DNA of 64,000 bases, taken from contig NC_042999.1 in assembly GCF_006345805.1 (NCBI RefSeq), positions 16,368,001-16,432,000 of the forward strand, given 5' to 3'. The DNA comes from Octopus sinensis (taxonomy: Eukaryota). The notes under the pieces are model-generated. The model was not told the DNA's origin. It was given only the letters and a program-made list of their open reading frames with translations, and ran no database searches. Below, piece after piece: positions 1 to 9,937 of this stretch. The first letter of the stretch is position 1. Each line of letters opens with the position of its first letter. Both the position numbers and the translations under genes were made by a program.

Positions 1-724
1 AGGGGGCCAGTCGATGAGCTCGACCGCAGTGCACAACTGGTACTTAACCAGAGCTAATAATGACAAACTTTTACTAAATATTGTTAAACACACCTCTGCA
101 AATGCATTGTACATAAGAAATTCACTTCAAATACAACAAACAACCGGCATGGAGCCGACGGCAGGCAATGAGTTAAGACAATCAGAATATCGGATTACTT
201 TGCTTTAAAATTTGGCTGCTATTTCTAGCATGTTGATTACCATGTACAGGTTCTCTCGTTTCCTTGTATGGATAGAATGGGTGTTCCCAATAAGTAAAAA
301 AGTACGAAAGCGATATTAAAGGATGACATATAACGACATTTTGTTTGTTCTGTCACAGAATCATATTTTGCTGAAGGCTTTATATATACAGGGAACTATA
401 TTTGCTGCGAACTATTTCTATTCATTCAACTCGATAGACTCGTAAACTCTATCAATTAAAACAACTCATTTATATAGCTGTGCGAAACCTCAAAAGAAAA
501 CCATTACTCCACCTTTAAAAGCATTATAAATTTATAGGTATGGTTAATAGCTTTTAAAATAGAAGGAAATATATTTTGTTATCTAAATACAAATTTTGCA
601 GGTTTCTCATCTTACACGAAAGCTAAAGCATAAAACAAAAGTATAACAAACAAAAAACAACTACAAAACAATAACAATATAAATCCGCATAAAATGCTAC
701 ACTATTTGTTTTGCCTGTTAGTAT

Positions 725-726
725 CT

Positions 727-765
<39 letters not shown>

Positions 766-768
766 TAG

Positions 769-800
<32 letters not shown>

Positions 801-922
801 GATATATATATATACATATATATATATATACATATATATATACATATATATATATATATACATATATATACATATATATATATATATGCATATATATATA
901 TATATATATAATATATATATAT

Positions 923-976
<54 letters not shown>

Positions 977-1072
977 TAATATAATATATATATATATATT
1001 ATATATATATATACACACATACATATATACACATACATATATATGTATATATGTATATATATATATATGCAT
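725..1072. repeat. (TA)n microsatellite with CA/TG interruptions
   Basis: Direct reading; explains the YI-repeat ORFs. Confidence 0.98.
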
Positions 1073-1295
1073 ATGCGTGTGGGTGTTTTATCCTAAAGAT
1101 AAAGCACATTTTCCCAAGCAACAAAATTCATATATTAGAATATTAAAAATATTTGTTGGCCTTATTCAAACATGTTTCCATACAGACATGCATGCATACA
1201 TGCGTACATACATCCATATGTACATACATACATACATACATACATACATACATACATACATACATACATACATACACACACACACATATATATGT

Positions 1296-1490
1296 AGGGA
1301 GAATTCACAAAAAAACAAAAGACGAAGACAGGTGGTGTGGACAACAAACAGATGTATTAGTTTAACGCTCGGGAAGTGAAAAAAGTCTTTAACGTTTCGA
1401 GTCTACGCTCTTCCACAGAAAGGAACACAGAAAGAAACAGGGAGAGAAAATAAAAAAAATGTGTAGTGGCTAGCGATCTATCATGGCGAT
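1296..1490 (-). mobile_element. ~190-bp interspersed repeat, Penelope-like/retrozyme-like, with degenerate hammerhead-like motif
   Basis: Close copy at 26528-26720 (same strand) and diverged copy at ~39910-40090 (+). Minus strand reads ...GGAAGAGCGTAGACTCGAAACGTTAAAG. Flanked by microsatellites. Confidence 0.6.
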
Positions 1491-1541
1491 ATATACATAC
1501 ATAGATAGATACATACATACATATATACACACATATAGACA

Positions 1542-2112
1542 CAGGGTGCGATGGGTAAATTCTCGCCATTTTATACTTTTAATTTCGCACATTGTTTTGA
1601 TGTTGTCGACAACACAGTAAAGTAGGGTCAGTTGGGCAACGTCTGTGACAAAAACAGCGCCGTGACGCAATTCACTCAGCCGGAAATTTGGAAATGACAT
1701 GCTGTACTGTTTGGCATCCACATCAGAAGCTCCAATACGAACATTTCAGAGTGTTTGGATATCAATCTATGGACATATACCAAGAGTGATAAAAACCAAG
1801 TCTCGAGTCAACATGGTGTTTGGAGTGATCACTAGTGATGGCGACGTTATGCCTCCATTCATCTTCTCACACGGCCTCAGACTCAACACGGTGACCTACA
1901 CCAAATGCTTGGAGGAGGTAGTGCTTCCCTGGGTTAAGATGGTGGCTGTTGGAAGACCCCATGTCTGGCAACAGGACTCTGCAGGAGAACCCAGTCATAT
2001 CTGTCAAGACAGTTTCTGCGACCACATCAGCCCAAACATCTGGTCGCCTAACACCCCAGACTGCAACTCCCTTGATTATTATGTGTGGGGCGCAGTTGAG
2101 AGAGAGAAATAA
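1542..2112 (+). mobile_element. Tc1/mariner-superfamily (DDD-type) transposase remnant
   Basis: ORF 1699-2112 has MVFGVITSDG, GRPHVWQQDSA and WSPNTPDCNSLDYYVWGAVE, matching the mariner-type QQD and WPxxSPDLNPLDY motifs. CAGGGTG TIR-like start at 1542. Internally deleted. Confidence 0.88.
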
Positions 2113-2589
2113 ATCCACTGATCACAAAAAATACTGCTTATATCTCTCTGAGATATTTAGAAATGTAATATTTCTATTTTTTTGTGATCAGTGGATTTAT
2201 TTCACTGGAATTATATATGTTTACAAGGTCTAGACAATCATCTGCAGCTAGCAGACCATGCTACTCCAGATTGATGACGAGCAAGACCCAGATGCAGGCT
2301 TAGCTGGATGGGGGTGTTTGTCTCCCCTTTGTAAACATAAGGACACAGGAAATATGTCAAGGCTGACAGGAAGTGTTGATGTTTCCTAGGGCTAAATAGC
2401 GGCGGTTAGATTTCCTTTATGGGACTGTCACGTTAAGTTGACAGTATACAACTGCTCTATCTTCCACCACTGCTTATATCTCCCTGAGATATTTAGAAAT
2501 GTAATATTTCTATTTTATATATGTATATATGTTTACTATATGAATATATAAATGTAAGATCCAAGGATATATATGCGTGTGTATGCATA

Positions 2590-2815
2590 TACTATAATAT
2601 GCTTGTAGCTGTGTTTGTCCCCCGCCACCATTGTGACAACGTATGTTGGTGTGTTTACGAACCTGTAACTTAACAGTTCAAAGAGAGAGACCGATAGAAC
2701 AAGTATCAGGTTTAAAAAAAAACTATAAACACTGAGCTTGATTTGTTTGACTAAAATTCTTCAAAGTGGTGCACCAGCGTGGCCGAAACCTAATGACTGA
2801 AACAAGTAAAAGACA
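2590..2815 (+). mobile_element. SINE family B, 3' half (degenerate)
   Basis: Similar to the B tail GTGTTTACGTCCCCGTAACTTAGCGG...GACTGAAACAAGTAAAAGA. Confidence 0.8.
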
Positions 2816-2936
2816 AACGGTATATATGTGTATATATACACATACACACAGACACACCCAGACGCGCGCGCGCATACCTTCATACAATGAAATGTGAACT
2901 AGACATTGAATACGTTGAATGTTATATAGTAATTTA

Positions 2937-3270
2937 AAGGCGTAGGAGTGGCTGCGTGGTAAGTAGCTTGCTTACCAACCACATGGTTCCTGGTTCAGTC
3001 CCACTGCGTAACACCTTGGGCAAGTGTCTTCTAGTGGATTTGGTAGACGGAAACTGAAAGAAGCCTGTCGTATATATGTATATATATATGTGTCAACATC
3101 GCTTGACAACCAATGCTCGTGTGTTTACGTCCCTGTAACTTAGTGGTTTGGCAAAAGAGACCGATAGAATAAATACTAGGCTTACAAAGAATAAGTCCTG
3201 TGGTCGATTTGCTCGACTAAAGGCGGTGCTCTAGCATGGCCACAGTCAAATGACGAAACAAGTAAAAGAG
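2937..3270 (+). mobile_element. SINE family B (tRNA-like head, internal microsatellite)
   Basis: A-box-like TGGCTGCGTGG and B-box-like GGTTCAGTCCC; matches other B copies in the window. Confidence 0.88.
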
Positions 3271-3409
3271 TAGGAGAGTCACAAACCACCCCAGTTCTTC
3301 AGAGTTTTTCATTTCCGTTCTTCCCACTTTGGACGATTATGAAATATGGAACATTATGAAATGATTTTATAAGAAAGAAAAGACGTTATTCGAATATTTA
3401 AATACTTTT

Positions 3410-3623
3410 TTCTCTTTTTCTCTTTTACTTGTTTCAGTCATTTTGACTGCGGCCATGCTGGAGCACCGCCTTAAATCGAGCAACTCGACCCCAGGACTTA
3501 TTCTTTGTAAGCTCAGTACTTATTCTATCGGTCTCTTTTGCCGAACCGCTAAGTGACGGGGACGTAAACACACCAGCATCGGTTGTCAAGCAATGCTAGG
3601 GGGACAAACAGACACACAAACAT

Positions 3624-3670
<47 letters not shown>

Positions 3671-3826
3671 TATGACGGGCTTCTTTCAGTTTCCGTCTAC
3701 CAAATCCACTCACAAGGCTTTGGTCGGCCCGAGGCTATAGTAGAAGACACTTGCCCAAGGTGCCACGCAGTGGGACTGAACCCGGAACCATGTGGTTGGT
3801 AAGCAAGCTACTTACCACACAGCCAC
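3410..3826 (-). mobile_element. SINE family B, full length
   Basis: Reverse complement of the B sequence seen at 60616-61085; internal (TA)n/(CA)n. Confidence 0.92.
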
Positions 3827-4863
3827 ATGAATCTATATAATATTTTTTTTATTAAAAATAAATTTTTAAAACCGTAAAAGATACGCTCGTTGCATATGAA
3901 TGGGCGAGCTGAAAGGTAAGTATGAATAAAAGAATGTAAAAGAAGGAATAAAGCAAAGGCTACAGAAGAAAGGAAGCATGGAATTAAAAGAATGAAAGAA
4001 TAAAGAACAATAAAAGAACGGCAAGGAAAAGGGGTGGAAAATATTTAAAACGCAAAGAGAAAGAAAATGTGCATGGGTGTTTACGCGTGTGTGAATGCGT
4101 GTTCGTGTGCGTGTTTGTGTTTGTATCTAAGATAATCTAACACTTCAAAGGGAAACAGGAAAATATAGTCCATGGATGTCTTCCGAACTGTGATTTATTT
4201 TTCATCTATAAGAAATGCTGCACTTTGTGCAATGTTTAATTTAGTTTAAGTTATTTACTTTTGGTTATGTCATACTGATGACTTCTAATAAGAATGAAAT
4301 GGCGTTACATGATTACTTGTAGCTAGAAATTTTATGATCATTGTAATGAGTAAGCAAAAGAAAAGTTAATTATGTGTATCCCATGCATCTTTTTCCTTGT
4401 TCCTCCTTTGAAAATTTGAACTCGTGACCACTTTAAGGTTCATCTTGAAATAATTATCTTTCTAAGGCTAGTTGGCTACCTGAGGACACTATGTGAAATA
4501 TTTGAGATTTTCTATATAAGGAAACTAAAATGGTGGCAAAGAATGGCTTCGAAAGTTCCGTAAATTCGAGGAAGAAATCACATAGCCACCTCTTTGGAAT
4601 AGATAATTACAAGGTATGTAGAAGGGTCTTTTGCATAACACTTGTGAGTCTTGAAATGAATAGAAAACACCTCCCTGAAACGCAGCTTTCAACGTAAGTT
4701 AAAACGGAAGAATTCTTGTGTATACGGAGCAATTTTTAAAAATTAATCTAATTTTAAACGTTGTGTGTCCTTTGTCTGAATATTTGAAAGCATAGATATG
4801 CTGTTAAAGTCGTGACTTGAAACCGTTTTTTTGCGGGGGATAATCCGGTATAAGACTTAAATG

Positions 4864-5275
4864 GGATCTTTTCGGTTTGAACGGCAGTTTTTTCTAGCGG
4901 TGTCATATGAAATTGTCACGCATAATTATGACCCTAGTATCGATCTATTGCACTTCAATCTGTTTTAGGGTTAGGAGTAGGGGGAAGGGTATATTTTTTT
5001 CTTCACAAATGTAAATAAACCCAATCTGTTTCTTAAACGAGGGACATATTCATACGGCACAGAATGTTTTTTTTACCTCAATAGACGTCAGTGATTGGTT
5101 GAAATTGCAGAAACTGAAGAAAAAAACAACAAATATCTTACAAACTATAGAATTTTCTCAATCAAGCTAAGAGAAAAAGATGTTTTATAATCACATTCTA
5201 CCAGTATACGAAGTTAAAATTTTTTTAGTTACCTAGAAATTATGTTAAAAACTGCCGTTCAAACCGAAAAGATCC
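4864..5275. mobile_element. MITE with ~30-bp TIRs and 8-bp target-site duplication
   Basis: TIRs GGATCTTTTCGGTTTGAACGGCAGTTTTT / AAAAACTGCCGTTCAAACCGAAAAGATCC; CTTAAATG at 4856-4863 and 5276-5283; second copy at 34496-34786. Confidence 0.92.
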
Positions 5276-5769
5276 CTTAAATGTAGTATTATTGTCTAGA
5301 CGTACCTTAGTGTAATAAAGAAAATACTTTCAAAAGGCAATAGCCATGGAGATGATAATTATGTAAATCAATGCAATTCTATGCTGACAAACAGACAAAA
5401 CATTTGGTTTTGTAGAACTATTTTGAAATGAAATGCTTAACTAAATGCTTCAACTAAAAATATCACGGCCTTTGGGATTCGTCAGAAAATGAACCGAAAT
5501 TAAATTTGAAATTCTTCGGAAATGTCTTGTTTTACATTTAAAATAAAGGCTGTGTTATACCAGAAATATTTCTTGGTTCAGCCACACACTCTTTGACATT
5601 GCAACAATTAGTATTTTGAATTTTTATGAAAAGCGGTTATTGCGGAGTTTAGACTGCATCCAAAGAGAGACTATTAAATAAATTAAGTGAAATAAAATTA
5701 CTCATCATAGACACTATCAAGTCTTTGGTACAAAGACGTACACCGTCTCCTCTTTATATTTGTTCTACA

Positions 5770-5994
5770 GATAATTTAACGGCCACTATATTTCTGGAGC
5801 AGACTGGTTTGGGTTATTTCTCGTCAGTCACTTCCGACACACACGTATATCGTCTGCCCATCATCCATGCTGCGTTCAACCCCTCTAAGTCCCACGCTAA
5901 ATATTACAGCTCCTTCTACTTAACAACAGCTGTTTTCTGGAATTTTAGCCCTGCTCACGACTTTTGCTGCGGGTACGAACTAATAGCAATTTAA
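5770..5994 (+). mobile_element. Degenerate C-terminus of a CR1/Jockey-like LINE ORF2
   Basis: HAKYYSSFYLTTAVFWNFSP resembles the Y-x-x-SF-x-x-RT-x-x-x-WN-x-LP motif at LINE ORF2 3' ends. Confidence 0.45.
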
Positions 5995-6105
5995 GCGGCA
6001 TGTTGAAAAACAGCAGTTTCACCAGCCTCCGAGGGAAATTATTTCTACAGACCCAGTAAATGAAATTATGAATGCTCATATTTGCGAGTGTGAGAAGCCG
6101 TAGTT

Positions 6106-6710
6106 TCTTATTTCTTTATTGACCACAGGGTGCTAAACATAGAGGGGACAAACAAGGATAGACAAACGGATTAAGTCGATTATATCGACTCAGTGCGTAA
6201 CTGGTACTTAATTTATCGACCCCGAAAGGATGAAAGGCAAAGTCGACCTCGGCGGAAATTGGAACTCAGAACGTAACGGCAGACGAAATACCTATTTCTT
6301 TACTACCCACAAGGGGCTAAACACAGAGAGGACAAGCAAGGACAGACAAACGGATTAAGTCGATTATATTGACTCCAGTGCGTAACTGGTACTTAATTCA
6401 TCGATCCCGAAAGGATGAAAGGCAAAGTCGACCTCGGTGGAATTTGGACTCAGAACATAGCGACGGGCGAAATACCTATTTCTTTACTACCCACAAGGGG
6501 CTAAACACAAAGCGGACAAACAAGGACAGGCAAACGGGTTAAGTCGATTATATCGATCCCAGTGCGTAACTGGTACTTAATTAATCGACCCCGAAAGGAT
6601 GAAAGCCAAAGTCGACCTCGACGGAATTTGGACTCAGAACGTAACGACAGACGAAATACAGCTACGCATTTCACCTGGCGTTCTAACGTTTCTGCCAGCT
6701 CGCCGCCATA
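6106..6710 (-). mobile_element. SINE family A, head plus three tandem body units, with 19-bp TSD
   Basis: AGTGTGAGAAG(C/T)CGTAGTT at 6087-6105 and 6711-6729; A box TGGCAGAAACG; B-box-like GAGTCCAAATTCC. Confidence 0.93.
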
Positions 6711-7688
6711 AGTGTGAGAAGTCGTAGTTACTGTAAACATCTCATTAGATGAGACATTTTTATGAGCAATCACTCACAGATATAAACTCTGATAATTTCG
6801 TACAAATTTACGCCACTGCATAATATTTTAGGATCATCAAACAATTTCACTCTGTTTTTTGTTATGGCCCAGGATGAATATTTAAGAACGCAAAGTGATT
6901 TTCTTGCATGCATAATTATTTTCATATCAGATTCGCTGATTGGTAACGATGATGTTGGCGAAGACTAAAGCTTTGAGAAGCAGCGGTTTAGTTATCAAAA
7001 GATAGAAATCAATAATATCGAACCGAGTAAATTTACGCTCTTGCATATATCGCTTATACTACTAAACCGTTTTATTACAGACACTCTATTATTCCATAAA
7101 AGAATAGAAATAATATTCCTTTTATTCTAATCACAATAGAACCATAGAGAAGCTTGTTAAATAGTCCTAATGCAGAAGACTGCTTTTTTTTCTTCACAAT
7201 TTCCATTTAGCTCCTTCGCTGCCATTTTTTGACGCAATCTTCATTTGCTTAGATTTCTCTTTTGTACAGTTTAGATTAACTTACACGCGCGGAATTTTCA
7301 TCTCGTATCTTAAAAAATATTTAAAATCCTATTTTCTTCCCTTTATGCTCGATATTTTTCTTTAAATGTTATCTATCGTTCATTTTGTTATATGTCCTTT
7401 ATTTCTCTATACTTTCGTATATTCAATACATATTTTACTCGCTTATTTATACACATCCCCTCCTATCTTTTTATTATCAAATAAAATCTTTATTTATTGT
7501 CAATGTGCATATTTATGTATTCGCATATTTACATATTTGCTAATTCTCTTAATCTCTCTTTTCCCTTGGTTATAATTTCTTCTTTTATGAAACCGGTAAA
7601 AACACAATCAAGCCAGCCATTTATTTGAATACAACTGTATGGTCAACTAATGAGATTATTTTTGTCCCACATAATCCCTTTAAAACGC

Positions 7689-7690
<2 letters not shown>

Positions 7691-7781
<91 letters not shown>

Positions 7782-7785
7782 TAAA
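7691..7785. repeat. (TA)n-(TATG)n microsatellite
   Basis: Direct reading. Confidence 0.97.
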
Positions 7786-8889
7786 TACATGCATGTATTA
7801 TGAATATTTATTCATATTTATATTTTTACACATATACACACATAAAATAGAATATAATTATATAAATATGAATATATACTTTCATAATACGCGCATATAC
7901 ATTCATATAAATATATATACACAAAATATATGTATGTTCAATATATACTACATGTTTATAAAAATTTGTAAAAATCAACCTAGCATGGCCGCGGCCTTCA
8001 GGCTAAAAGATTTTAAAGAATTTTAAGGAATTATATGTGTGCATACACATATATGTATGTAGATATATACATTATAGATACTCATAGGCGACGTATACAT
8101 AGAAAATGCGTATATACATATATATGTATATACACCATTCACATTACAGATCTACATCTACCCTATTTGCACCAAATCCAGAACTACTTACCTCTTTTAC
8201 TCATAATCTTTTTACTCAGGGACCAGTAGACCTGACACCATTCATTAATCGGTGTGCATTCAAAGCAATGATTAGTAATTTTACAAAACCGGTATGCTTT
8301 TGAATCTCTCTAACAATTCACAATAATGACTTTTATTACTTTTATTCCTACCTCAGTTCATCTAACTGTATATATCTATCGTTACTTTTCATAAAAGTCC
8401 TTTACTTCTTTTGATTTCCAATGTGCATTTTCACTTATTTTTCTTCTTACTTTCCCCCTACATTTCCACGTGTAGTTTCTATTTTCTTTCTGTAACATAT
8501 TTCTGGTTTCCTTTTCTTCCACCTTACTGTCTCCCCCCTCTCTCTCTCTCTCTCATTCTTCATTCTTTCTGGTTTCCTCATAACCATTCCCTTTTTTCTC
8601 TCCTTTTCTCTTGCTCCTCCTCCCTCCCGTCGTTGACAGCGACGAGAGCTCTGCTACTGTCTTTCTGACCTGGCTTCCTTGAAGTGTTGACGGCATTTTG
8701 TGTTGCTCCTTCGCCGTTCTTAAAAATAGCGTTCGTAATACCTAATCTCGCTCGGCTTAACAGCCCTTCTTGTCTTGTTATTCTCCTTGTCCTGTCTTTT
8801 ACTGTTTATATTTTGTACTGTCGTTACTGTCATGTTTTTGTTACCATTTTTACTCCTCCGCAAAAAGATCTCAAATTTTATTTAATTTG

Positions 8890-9158
8890 ATTTTCGCGGG
8901 AAGGAAAGTTTCTATCGAAGATGCGTATCGCCTTCACCTTCGAAACGCAGAGAAGATGAAACCATGGCGACGGAAGAAGGGGAATTTTCCTTGTGTTATT
9001 TGTCCTGTACTCCAGTTTCTTGGTTTTGTGTTTATGTTTTCGCTTCTCATTGTGTTCGACGTTTTTTTGGTGTCCTGTACCCATATATGCATATATATAT
9101 AAATGTAGAGATAGGTACGTACATATATGTATATATGCATATATTTTATTTATTAATT

Positions 9159-9170
<12 letters not shown>
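8890..9170 (+). mobile_element. Interspersed repeat (possible Penelope-like terminal region)
   Basis: 9050-9170 recurs in reverse complement at ~26160-26280 (TTCGACG...GGTGTCCTGTAC...GGTACGTACATATATG); preceded by a pyrimidine-rich tract. Confidence 0.55.
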
Positions 9171-9199
<29 letters not shown>

Positions 9200-9820
9200 G
9201 AGACAATGAGACAATAATATCCTGTGCATGAAGTCAAGATACAAGGTATCTTGATTCAATGTACACTATTAATGACTAAATATCTTATTTAGATTAAACT
9301 AAAACGCTGGTAGTTATTTTCCATTACATCTTTCTACTATTTAGATCCTGACTCTTATTTAAGCGTTGCCACTTACCATAGGATATTATAGTAAAATACT
9401 CTGATGGTATTTTATCTACTTCTCCAAGACAGTAATTGTTTGTCATTGATATCAAACTATTCTGCCCTTTTGTGTGTGTCAACTGACACACTGTATGATT
9501 AAACGTGTAAAAGTTTTTAATGTAACAACGGCTGACGAGATGAATTCTCACAAAATACGCCATAAGGTTATATTCCAAAAGTTACCTCGCTGGCACGTCA
9601 TAGTATGTATTGCATATTTTCTCCCTGTAGTGCAGTTGAAATTCATTTTCGTGCTTTATTAATTCACTTGGATGTAAAATTTAGCGCTGGTTAACGGTTG
9701 AGATATTGTTTACCGTGAATGATTTAAATATCACGTTTAGATAACCTTGGTATACTCCTCTGTTCCTATGCATCTCTTTCTCCCCCCCCCTTTGTGTCTC
9801 TCAGTATATATATATATCAA

Positions 9821-9903
<83 letters not shown>

Positions 9904-9937
9904 ATCGATTATATATATATATATATATATATATCAA

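Noticed and set aside
14-208. 64-aa ORF at window start
   Set aside because: Begins within a SINE A remnant on the opposite strand; no recognisable motif.
702-1379. Long YI/HT/CV-repeat ORFs here and at 14.4-15.3, 37.5-38.6, 49.0-49.6, 50.2-51.0 and 59.0-59.6 kb
   Set aside because: They are translations of (TA)n, (CA)n and (TACA)n, which lack stop codons in several frames.
3593-3802. Recurrent ORFs such as YDGLLSVSVYQIHSQGFGRPEAIVEDTCPRCHAVGLNP and GAMAQWLGQRTRG
   Set aside because: Chance translations of SINE B and C copies recurring with the repeat.
3881-3915. Strong donor AAG|GTAAGT at 3915
   Set aside because: No convincing acceptor upstream; only 35 nt; unsupported.
8905-8955. CGAAGATG...CGAAACGC hammerhead-like motif
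   Set aside because: Core too degenerate to support a call.
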